A stretch of DNA of 45,486 nucleotides, taken from contig NC_068984.1 of the NCBI RefSeq assembly GCF_001194135.2, positions 88,824,145 through 88,869,630 of the forward strand, in the 5' to 3' direction. Below, in pieces: positions 1-10,466 of this stretch; positions within the stretch are counted from its first letter, which is position 1; each line of letters begins with the position of its first letter. The notes beneath the pieces are model-generated. The model saw only the letters and a list, made by a program, of their open reading frames with translations. It was not told the DNA's origin and made no database searches. This stretch comes from Octopus bimaculoides (lineage: Eukaryota). Made by a program: the position numbers and the translations under genes.

Positions 1-47
<47 letters not shown>

Positions 48-91
48 TTACCTCTCTCTCTCTCTCTCTCTCTTTCCCTCCCCCTCTCTCT
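1..91. repeat. (TA)n followed by (CT)n microsatellite
   Basis: Visible dinucleotide runs. Confidence 0.95.
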
Positions 92-430
92 AGTCCTGGG
101 TATGAATTCAAACTGTATCCGGTAGTGGGAAGCCTAGTACAGGAATTCTAGGGTTGTGAGGAGTGCAGAGTCCACATCTTAGCCACTATTTTCCCCAGGT
201 CTATTCTGATTCAGAATAGTAGCACCTGTTAGAGTCCCATCTATGGATTAATTAGCATGTGAGTGAAGGACCCTTAATTCTCGTTAACTCTTCCCTCTAA
301 GAGAAGGTAAGCTCGTACAAAAAGAAAAAAAAAGCCTAAAGCGCGTTTGTTTTCTGGCCGTCTCAATCCCTGCTGTTTCACGGTTTTTATAACTGATTAC
401 GCTGAAAAGTGGGTTCAATGCACTCTATCC
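92..430 (+). mobile_element. Non-coding interspersed repeat (copy 1) whose 5' ~170 nt is homologous to the 5' end of the RTE LINE at 13736
   Basis: gtcctgggtatga..tatccggtagtggga..cccaggtctattctg..gcacctgttag recurs at 13736-13895 and 34863-35030; the downstream tgaaggacc..gaaggtaagctc..gctgaaaagtg part recurs at 35040-35185. Confidence 0.7.
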
Positions 431-627
431 ACTCAAAAGAAACTTGCACAAGAACTTCGACACGAGTAACTTTTTCAGGGACTTACTAAACAAAGGAAGT
501 GGTTCTACTCGGTCACAAGTTGAATTCAACCATGTATGCATGAGAGTTGAACCGGAAATAATGCAAAAGTAGGTATATCTTCTTTATCAAATGACATCGA
601 CGGTTCAAATCGCACAAATATGTCTAC

Positions 628-1690
628 TTAACGCAATCACTATCGCAAGTCATACATTTGAACTATCGTTGAATCAAACAATCGAATCCTGTTTGAGATA
701 ATTTAGGCGTGCACTGCTAAAACCCCTTCTTCATAGGCACTTTCACCTCGTCTGTGTCATCAAATAGTTGTCCCTGAAGACTATTCTTCATTGAACCGAA
801 GAGGTGAAAGTCAGAGGGCACCAGATCCGTATGATGCAGTGGATGGAGGATTAATGGCCAACCCAATTTGCCGATTATCTCATATGTTGCTAAAGATGTG
901 TGTAATCGTCCAGGGAAAATGTAGTAATTTTCAGACTCTTGTTCGGACTCTTCCTCCTAATGGTTTGAGTGCCTCAAAGTACCACACTTTGTTCACAGAA
1001 TAACTTCTTCCTAGAAAATCAAGGAAAATGATGCTCCTCCCTGAAAAGTCACCATGATATTCTGTGTCCACCGCTTGCGCTTGAACTTCCTTGGAGCGAA
1101 GGTTTGAAACCATTCCACGCATGAACCGAGCTTTTGTTTCCGGATAATAAAAAATACACCCATGTTTTAGCCTTTACCGTTCGGGAAAAAAAACGTGTTT
1201 CCATTGGTCTCAAACGCTTCCTGCAGATCAAAGATTTCTGTATTCCGACTTACATCTGAAAGGTGGTTCCTGTATTTACATAGAATCCACTCTTTCTATC
1301 ATTTACCCCTCTTGATAATGATTCACCACTACTACCAACCTTTTCCTCATTTCCTTTTAGTTCATCTGCTGGCTTTACAAGCTTTTTCAACTCCTCGTGT
1401 CAACATTAATTTTTGATTATCTCAATGAAAGACGAAGTTTACAACATCTGTTTTTACGTAACACTGCGAGACGTGCAAAACAACCACAGTAAAAGCAAAG
1501 AGTACCTCCATGCATAAAGCGACTGCAAGAAACCGCCAAACAAATTGCTATAAAACTTTCTGATCTCTACCAGCTTTGGGATATATTCATATTGACCATT
1601 TCTCAGTGAAGATGGATCTCTTGGAAAAGTCTTATTGCTTAATACTTGCTTCTCCTTCGACACTAAACTACACGCCCTCAACTAAATTTT
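628..1690 (-). pseudogene. Highly degenerate mariner (DD34D) transposase remnant
   Basis: Minus-strand peptides across frameshifts: FFSRTVKAKTWVYF (IVTGDETWVY-like), IIFLDFLGRSYSVNKVWY, HPLHHTDLVPSDFHLFGSMKNSLQGQLFDDTDEVK (HPPYSPDLAPSDFHLF-like), and a C-terminal QRxFKCMTCDSDCV. Confidence 0.8.
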
Positions 1691-2152
1691 TCACAAGACC
1701 TCGTTCAGTTATATGATGCAAACATGCACGCATGCATGCATACATACATACTTACATGCACACACGAACACGCATATAATATACCACGTATATATTACAT
1801 CATATATATTTTAACCGTGCAAAGTATATATTTGTTTTATAACGTATCTTATTATAATGTCACCATACTCTATTTCAGTATCCATGGTATGCCACTCATT
1901 AGCTGGTTGCCCTTCCTATTAAAAACCACTTAACTGTTAAATAGGAAAGATAATTACTGTCAGCTGGGGGTAAGATAGAAAATATACCCTTTTTCTATGT
2001 GTATATGATACACACATATCTATTATTATATGTACATATATACGTTATTATATATATATATATATATGTGCATACATACATTCATACATACGTACATACA
2101 TACATACATACATGTATGTATATCTATATTATATTGTATGTATGTGTGTGTG

Positions 2153-2198
<46 letters not shown>

Positions 2199-2574
2199 AC
2201 ATATATGCTTGCACATGCGCACACACGCCTCCCCACCCCCACACACAAACGCTTGAACGCATTGGCACCATACACATTCGCTACATTATTGTTACACTAT
2301 CTGTCTTTAAAGGCGTATATGAGTGGGATATGGTGAGAATCAGCAATGGGTTCAATGTTGAATTAAGTCGGTAGATGTGTCCAGTAATATATTCGTTGCC
2401 CTCAGCTTTCGACAATTCCCTCTAGTTCAAGAGAGAAGCAATAAAGTATTTTTTAAAATAATTGAATATAAGGAATTCCATAGGCTGGTGAGCTGCGGAA
2501 TAAGTCGAAGAACTGCAGCCGTTAAAAACCTCTAACACAGATGAAATAAAAGATGAAATATATAAATAATATAG

Positions 2575-3060
2575 CAAAAGACTGATTCCTGGACCCAGCC
2601 TAATTTCTCTGAGCCAGCAGATATCATTGACAACGTGGAGACAGATTATAACTCCAGCCAAAATGCGCCTTTAGAACATCAGTTCAGTGCCCTTTACAGC
2701 AGGGATAACTCAGCCTCCCCTCCTCTGACTACGCCATTGGATTCAACTCGATGTTGTTCAGTTGAACTCTTACAATCGTCTGAGTTTCCATGTGCTGCTT
2801 CGACTACGCGGTCAGCATCACCAGAACCAGAGCCGGAAGAAGAGAACGACTCCCCACCTCTCAACTCTGATGATTTGGAGATCCTGCTAGAGAGAGTCTC
2901 TCACCAGGAGAAATATCTCTCACAACGGTACAGTTCCGATTTGGAATTGAAACGACCGTCTGCGATGTCTCTGAACATGTTTGAACCTTACTTCCTTGAA
3001 AAGACCCTTGTTGCGAGGGAGTTATGCTGCTCGAGTGGCTGTAGGGCTTTTAGTGGCTGA
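2575..3060 (+). other. Orphan ~160-codon open frame (Ser/Pro/Glu-rich) in a GC-richer island; coding status unknown
   Basis: Stop-free frame from 2575 (after TAG at 2572-2574) to 3060; no recognisable domain and no convincing splice sites. Confidence 0.2.
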
Positions 3061-3167
3061 TTGCCAGTCCTATTAGATGCAGAAGCTGCTCTGGAATACT
3101 AAACATACACCAAATCAGGTCGAGAGTAATGGAGCTTACAAATGTGTGTGTGAGAGANNNNNNNNNN

Positions 3168-3221
<54 letters not shown>

Positions 3222-3404
3222 GCGTGCTGTATATAAAAAGATTTGCTATCTGGGTGACATCGTCAGCGGCTAATTCATAGCAGTGAAACTAGAACTTAAA
3301 TGGTTCCACTTCCATCAACATTAATAACTGTTTGAAACCAAGGGAAAGATTTTCTTTTATTTTCCGATAAAATAAGTACTTGGATTTAAAACGAAAATAC
3401 CTAC

Positions 3405-3480
3405 TGGGGTCGATTCATTCTACAAAAAAATTCTTGAAGACCGTGTCCCAGCATGGCCGCAGTGTAATGACTGAATCAAG
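3405..3480 (+). mobile_element. 3' fragment of tRNA-derived SINE
   Basis: tggggtcgattcatt..ccagcatggccgcagtgtaatgactgaa matches the tails of the SINEs at 24356-24812 and 42905-43281. Confidence 0.75.
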
Positions 3481-4968
3481 GGGAAGAAAAAATTGCAGGA
3501 TACATGCTTGATGTTACAACTAAAAGAATAAATAGCTGTGGACCCTGTTTTTGATTGTCATTCGATCGAATATACAATAATAAATCGGCTGCCAAATTGT
3601 TTTTATTGTTGTTGTTGTTTTAAAAATTGTCTTAGAACGATTATATATTTTGCTTCTAATTGTGGCTCCAATTTTGTTGAATTTTCTAGTTGATTTTCGT
3701 CTCTGTTTCATTATTATATAATCACGAAGCGGAGATTATTGCTAACAAGTGTTAAAAGTCTATCAAAGAAATATTCTTCAGATTTTCTGCTCTCGAATAA
3801 AATTCATAAGTAAATAGTTAATTAACTATGAAACTATGATCGCTCAAATATCTTCCCCAATATCGATTTCTTTCGACTAAATAAAAATTGGCTTAATATT
3901 TTTAAGTAAAAGGTTTTGGATATCTTTTGGCATATCTTTTCTAAGGAATCTGTCGTGAAAGTAAATTTGTTGGTTTCAACTGGAAATTGAAATTTCATTG
4001 TGGACTCGCCTTTCGTTCTATCGCAGGAATAAAGATTATATATTTTTTTCGGCCAGAAACGCCGTGCTAAATGACGGCTCGTGAATGGAAAGATTGCCAT
4101 CTGGCTATTATAAACAAATATCCAAATGCACATCAAATCATAAATGTATCATCTGTGAAAAAAAAAAGAATCTTTCTAAGGATAACGTAGCTGTCTGGAA
4201 GATAAAAAATACAGTTAGTTGCAGCTGAAATGTCTTTGATCAGAAAGGTTTGGTCAATCAGATATGAGCTGAATCTAAACTACAGCAACAAGGTCACCTC
4301 ACTCCTTCAAATCTTTGATCCTAACATCTTTGTCCTTATTTATCTTTGTCCTTTATCTTTCGGCGTTCAACAAAGAAACTAAACTTATTTTAACTCAGGA
4401 ATAAAAGGAAGAATGTCCGAGGAAATTATCTTATTTAAATGAGAGTCAAATATAAATAGAAGCTATCAAAGACAAGTAAATGTTTTATGTTAATGCTGTT
4501 TATTGCAAACGATAAAATACCAGATCTTTTTTTTTTTCTTTGCTCGCTCTCGACCTTTCTTGCCGTTTGCTTGATTAATCGCGTCAAACCTTATTTTCAA
4601 ACTATACAAAAGAGAGAAGGCTATATTTATGTATATCGATAGACAAACATACAGACAAATATGTGTGCGCGCACGCAGGTAAACACTCACACACACACAC
4701 ACACACACATTATACATATATGTGTGTGTTTGTGTGTGAGAATATCAACATACCCGAACATGCAAATACTCTCACACATACATGCATACACACGCACACA
4801 CATACATACTTCAATATGCGTATGTATGCATACATGCACACATATGAATATATACATTCATACAAGTTTGCAATCGCTTACATACAACAAAATATAATGT
4901 ATATACACACACACATACTCACATGAGATTGTGAAGAGGAGAGATAGACAGAAGGAAGAGGAAAAAGA

Positions 4969-4974
<6 letters not shown>

Positions 4975-5028
<54 letters not shown>
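4975..5028. repeat. (GA)n microsatellite
   Basis: Visible run. Confidence 0.95.
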
Positions 5029-5031
<3 letters not shown>

Positions 5032-5299
5032 ATTTACTCTGCAATATGAAGCTAAGAACTGAGTAGGTTTAGGGGGAAATTATTGAAAGGAGTAACGTTG
5101 ACGCATACCTATGCGGTATGATTTAAATGTCTAAAAACAAAGAGGATAACAAGCATAAAATGCGGGGTCTGACTCACAGAAGAAGAGAGAATGGAATGAC
5201 GCCAATTGGCCCCTATAACTTCTCCAAGGAGGTCGCTATTTCATTTATATGGGTAATAAAAACTAATAGACAAGGGGACAGCTCTAAAGCAGAATCTTT

Positions 5300-5364
<65 letters not shown>
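5300..5364. repeat. (GATA)n microsatellite
   Basis: Visible tetranucleotide run. Confidence 0.95.
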
Positions 5365-5925
5365 GCTGTTTTCAAATCTTTTTTATAATGCTTTTTTCTG
5401 CTTTTCTTTTTAAGGGAAAGAAGGGGTCTGTCAGTATTCTAACAGTATCCTAGCGCTCTTGCTCATTAAAAGTCGCTAATGGAGGTCGGTTTTTGTACGA
5501 GAGAACTGGCTGTAACAATTAGAACGTGATAAAGACAGACTGTGAACGTGCTTTTGTCAGAGAATTGATCATTTGGACAAAAAGGACAGGTTGCAGAGAA
5601 ATTCGACCATCAACTAACACGCAATGTGACTAACTAATTTGATGCTAGTGGTCGTTGGAGAGTATATGTGACCATTCTGTAGGAACTATGAAATACGTGC
5701 TTAAAAACGAACGATACATTATAGACTATATACTGGGAAGGACAAAGGAGAAGAATGTGGCTGTTGAAAAGATAAAGCCAACGATCAAATTCATTTAAAA
5801 CAAATATTATGGACGTGGAGTGTGAGAAAGGAAAAAATATCAGAAAGAATAAGAACATAGAGGGGAGATCACAAATCGGAGATCAAATGCAGTTTATATA
5901 TACATGTATATGTATGGATGTATGC

Positions 5926-5985
<60 letters not shown>

Positions 5986-6169
5986 CTGCTTATTATGTTT
6001 TCTATTTTTCTACATACATACATACATACAAACATATAAAAACGGTCTCTCTCACACACATAAATATGCATATACACATATAAACCTTTACATACATACT
6101 AATACACTCCACACATTTACTTATATGCGAGGGAAAAAAAAGAGAGAAAGTTAGAAACAACAACAGATA

Positions 6170-6454
6170 GACCGAGATTTGTATTTTTTCCAAAAATATC
6201 CGCCTATGGATATAATAATAGATTACTTTATTTTTTCTGTCTCCGATGAAGGGAAGTACTGGATCTTCCCAGAAACACCTGTAAGACTCTATCCATAAAA
6301 TTCTTCAACCTTACCTTTGCTCTCTTTATCTTTTTGTTTTTATATATTTACATATACACACGCTAATACACGACTTATAATACCCAATCCTGTTCATACA
6401 ACGATTGGGGCAAACTAATCGGTATACAGCACTTACTCGGTATTACCTGTATCC
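6170..6454 (+). mobile_element. Penelope-like pseudo-LTR type repeat fragment (runs into gap)
   Basis: Contains a minimal hammerhead-like motif, the hallmark of PLE pLTRs; no RT or GIY-YIG ORF visible. Confidence 0.45.
6239..6287 (+). ncRNA. Type I minimal hammerhead ribozyme-like motif (variant core)
   Basis: GUCU-CCGAUGA-A-GGGAAG-uacuggau-CUUCCC-A-GAAAC-accu-GUA|AGAC: stem I GUCU/AGAC, stem II GGGAAG/CUUCCC, stem III AC/GU, GUA triplet; U4 is C in this copy. Confidence 0.55.
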
Positions 6455-6779
6455 NNNNNNNNNNNNNNNNNNNNNNNNNNNNNNNNNNNNNNNNNNNNNN
6501 NNNNNNNNNNNNNNNNNNNNNNNNNNNNNNNNNNNNNNNNNNNNNNNNNNNNNNNNNNNNNNNNNNNNNNNNNNNNNNNNNNNNNNNNNNNNNNNNNNNN
6601 NNNNNNNNNNNNNNNNNNNNNNNNNNNNNNNNNNNNNNNNNNNNNNNNNNNNNNNNNNNNNNNNNNNNNNNNNNNNNNNNNNNNNNNNNNNNNNNNNNNN
6701 NNNNNNNNNNNNNNNNNNNNNNNNNNNNNNNNNNNNNNNNNNNNNNNNNNNNNNNNNNNNNNNNNNNNNNNNNNNNNNN

Positions 6780-6869
<90 letters not shown>

Positions 6870-7134
6870 TAACAATACAAACACACGTATACACATGTAG
6901 ATACATATAAGCACACACAGACACACACACACACACACACACATACATACTTACGTGCGTGCGAGAGAAATAGAAATATGCAGACAAACCAATATAACCA
7001 ACAAATAGAAAGGTTGAAGGGAAATTGAATCAAGTCGATGAAATACAATTTTATATTTCAGAATCTGAAAAGTAATGAAAAGTGCGATTTAAGTAAGTTA
7101 TTTGAATGAACATTGAGAGAAAAATTAATAAAAT

Positions 7135-7200
7135 AATGCCGACCAAAGCCTTGTGAGTGGATTTGATAGACGGACACTGAAAGAAGCCTGTCGTGCATAT
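7135..7200 (+). mobile_element. Internal fragment of tRNA-derived SINE
   Basis: ccgaccaaagccttgtgagtggatttgatagacggacactgaaagaagcc matches the SINE body at 24465-24520. Confidence 0.75.
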
Positions 7201-7596
7201 GTCTGTCTGTATACAAAGAAGGATAGCTAACCATAAAGACACCTCTAGGGATAGAAAAAAAAAAGACGCAAGCACTAGACAGAAAACATCCAGAGCATTG
7301 ATTTTGGGACATATTCAGTCAGCCGTGTCAGCCTTAACTTACGACGCCAAACATTGTCACTTGATATAAACACACGGACGTAGCGGGGAACCTACTAACA
7401 ATTTCTAAGACAAGTCATGTGACTATCCTCTACCAATCAAATCCTATTGAAAACATATACTAATTTGAGCCATGAACTCCCTATAAAAACAGGGCAAATT
7501 TCAAACACTGGTCAGAAGCAAGACAGCGACGATTAAGCCACATCTTTCTATTTGAACTTTTTGAAAATCAGTGTAAACTGTGAAATCGGTTAAAGC

Positions 7597-7765
7597 TGTA
7601 GTGGCGCGAAATTATAGCCGCCATTGAGGAAGTACTATCTGCATATGCGCAAGGGACTTGCCTTTCCGGAAGCCCCTCGAGTGCACATGCGTAGTAAAAC
7701 TAGTACTTAAAGAGTTTGTTTCACTTTCTAAGCCTCTTGAGCGCGATACCTTCGACGTGACAACA
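7597..7765 (+). mobile_element. 5' LTR (169 bp, TGT...ACA) of a miniature Gypsy-derived element
   Basis: Direct repeat of 8460-8629 (5 substitutions and 1 indel by eye), followed after 1 nt by a PBS. Confidence 0.9.
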
Positions 7766-7766
7766 C

Positions 7767-7784
7767 TGGTGACCCCGACGTGAT
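7767..7784 (+). promoter_or_regulatory. Primer-binding site complementary to the tRNA-Trp 3' end
   Basis: TGGTGACCCCGACGTGAT is the reverse complement of ATCACGTCGGGGTCA-CCA, the 3' end of eukaryotic tRNA-Trp(CCA). Confidence 0.85.
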
Positions 7785-8100
7785 TCCTTATAAAGGACCC
7801 TTTCGTGTGCTCTCTCGCACACCCAAATTTTTTAAAATAGACGCTAATGTTCGGACGGAGACTGTGTCTGTCGACCGTCTGAAGAAAGCGTATTTTGATA
7901 AAACTACATCTTCCGTTGACAATACTGACATACCCCCTTTTCAACCTTTGCATATACCTTTGTCAACACCATCACCAACGCATACACCTGTGAAAACTCC
8001 ACCTTCAATGCTGAGAACTACCGCAAGTGAACCCTATGTCACTAGGTCTGGCCGTACAGTGCACTGGCCAAAGAAACTCTCCAAGACAATTTATATTTGA
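7783..8100 (+). pseudogene. Gypsy integrase C-terminal (GPY/F region) fragment
   Basis: PYKGPFRVLSRTPKFFKIDANVRTETVSVDRLKKAY...TRSGRTVHWP; typical Ty3/Gypsy pol end. Confidence 0.8.
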
Positions 8101-8459
8101 CTGCATTGTGTATTATTCCATTTTTCAGCATTCCTTTTGTAAAAAGAAAGGCTCAAACTGTGTTTTTCCCTATTAGTGCTGAACACTCAGACATTTCTTG
8201 CGCCACTGCATCAATCACAAGTAATAAAGGAACTGCAGTAACGTAAGCAAAAAAAAAAAAAATTTTACAGCTAACAACACTTACCAAGCTGAACTTGAAT
8301 TGTACCGCTGGAATATTATTTTCCGTGTGCATTGTATTATATTGTTGGGTATTTCGATTCTCTGTATTAACAAATTGTTTCATTTTCATTATATATCTAC
8401 AGCCGCTTCTTGTTTCAGGCGCCCACTACAATCCTTTCCTTGTTCGTGCNNNNNNNNNN

Positions 8460-8629
8460 TGTAGTGGCGCGAAATTATAGCCGCCATTGAGGAAGTACTA
8501 TCAGCACATGCGCAAGGGACTTGCCTTTCCGGAAGCCCCCTCGAGTGCGCATGCGTAGTAAAACTAGTACTTAAAGAGTTTGTTTCATTTTCTAAGCCTC
8601 TTGAGTGCGATACCTTCGACGTGACAACA
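8460..8629 (+). mobile_element. Second LTR copy (170 bp, TGT...ACA), directly after a gap
   Basis: Near-identical to 7597-7765. Confidence 0.9.
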
Positions 8630-8982
8630 CCTTGCTCCTCAACGAAGCACTCTCCACCACGATGCCTTCGATGTGATAGCTACTTGCTCCTCTAGCATGC
8701 ATCAAGGAAGCTCTTAACCTTCCAATACCGCTTATAAACCAATCAGCGGCTGCTAAGCTGAATGACACAGGATTTGTAAAACCAAGCATCATCAAAAAAT
8801 AAACTTATTTTTATTATGTTGTTAATTGTTCTACTGTTTCTTCATATATAATTATGTTGAAAGGTGATAGAGAGAGACTAATGTCTCTATTGCAACTATT
8901 AACCTTTTACAAAGCTTTAAACATACTAATAAAGAATATTTCAACTATTCTCAGTGCATTTTTATCTTTATATTTTTTTCTA

Positions 8983-10392
8983 TAGTTTCAGCTCAGAGCT
9001 GCGGCCATGCTGATGCATCGCCGTTTTACTACACTGTTATTACTGAGAGCCTCCTCCAATATGTGGCGCTTGGTGAAGAATGGAGTTTCATGTAGCTACC
9101 CTCATTTGCACCTCTTGCCGTGAGGTAGGTTCATCTGGGACTCTCGACAGGAAGAGCTTTGATTTAAAACCCCCTACCTCTATTTTGTGCAGGTTCCTCA
9201 GGCTCTTCGGGAGAATATTAATAAGCTCTGGTCCCCTGAAACCCAAACTGTTGCAGTAACTAGTCCTGAAGCGCGATGGCATTGCTGGGATCTTTAGCAC
9301 TATGCAGTGTCGTCTCGTTCTGGCATTGGTGTAGCTTTCAATGCCAAAATTTGGCACAATTCCTTCCAGGATCTTCCAGATGTATATTACTGTATACCTC
9401 TCTCGCCTTCTCTCCAGCGAGTAGAGTCTTAGCTGTTTAAGCCTTTTCCAGTAGCTGAGCAGTTGCAAAGAGACAGTTTTCTTTGTGAATCTTCTCAGGA
9501 TTGCTTCAAGGTCCGCTGTTAATTTCACACTGGTGGGTGTCCATAGCTGTGAGCAGTAATCCAGGTGGCTGAGGACGAATGTCCTCCAGAAGACCACCAT
9601 GTTTTCCTTATCACTGGTTCTGAATGTTCTCAGGATCCAGCCAGCCAGTTGTCTGCACTTTGTCGCCATCCTGGTATTGTGCACTTGGAAAGAGGTATCA
9701 TCACTCATGTCGATACCCAGGTCCCTCACTGATTTAGGCTCTGGGATTGAAATTACCTGCGGACCAGTGTACTCTGTAAGTTTCATATTCAGTTTTGGAC
9801 GTTGGTAGCACAGGGCTTGGAATTTTCAGCATTAAACTGCATATTATTATCCACAGCCCATCTGTAAATTGAGTCCAACTCCTGCTGCAGATGTGAAACA
9901 TCACTGGAGTACTGTATTTTCTGCGAGACTTTCGTATCGTCTGCGTAGCTTGCAAGGGTGGCTATCCGGGCACTTGAGGTCATATCTGAGATGGCCACTA
10001 TAGAAAACAGTGGTCCAAAGACAGTGCCCTGTGGAACACCGCTCACTATTTGTGTTTTCATAGAGGTGGCTCCATTAGCCACTACTGCCTGACTTCTATC
10101 TTTCAGAAAGACATGTTACCACTCTCCATGTTTGCCAGCTATGCCAAGATCACGCAGTTTGTAGTATATCATACCATGATCCACTTTGTCAAAAGCTTTT
10201 GCAAAATCAAGGTATATTACGTCCACATTTGAGTTGTTGAATAACTGCTTCAACACCCAGTCATAATGTTGTAAGAGCTGGGTCAGGCAGCTCCTACCTG
10301 GTCGGAAGCCATGCTGGGTATCACTCAGCAAGTTATTTTCTTCAAGGAATGCGATTAGTTTTCCCCTGACTATCCTTTCCATGACTTTGCTG
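8983..10392 (-). mobile_element. 5'-truncated CR1/L2-group LINE with frameshifted reverse transcriptase and 3' UTR
   Basis: QHGFRPGRSCLTQLL, YLDFAKAFDKVDH, SGVPQGTVFGPLF, YADDTKV, RDLGI, LDYCSQLW, LYSLERRRERY; A-rich tail near 8960-8985. Confidence 0.92.
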
Positions 10393-10421
10393 ATATATAT
10401 ATATATATATANNNNNNNNNN

Positions 10422-10466
<45 letters not shown>

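Noticed and set aside
775-820. CTGAAGA...GAAAG resembling a hammerhead core
   Set aside because: Lies in mariner coding sequence on the other strand and lacks the required stems.
1724-2277. ORFs rich in Y/I/H/T/C/V
   Set aside because: Translations of (TA)/(CA)/(CATA) microsatellites; the same applies to similar ORFs near 4500-4900, 5800-6200, 25800-26140, 29540-30160, 31000-32600 and 37500-40100.
6375-7048. Long ORFs of 137-201 aa
   Set aside because: Artefacts of N gaps; the same applies at 11364-12214, 32241-32720, 42017-42281 and 44047-44985.
7592-8634. Target-site duplication for the mini-LTR element
   Set aside because: The flanks aaagc and ccttg do not match.
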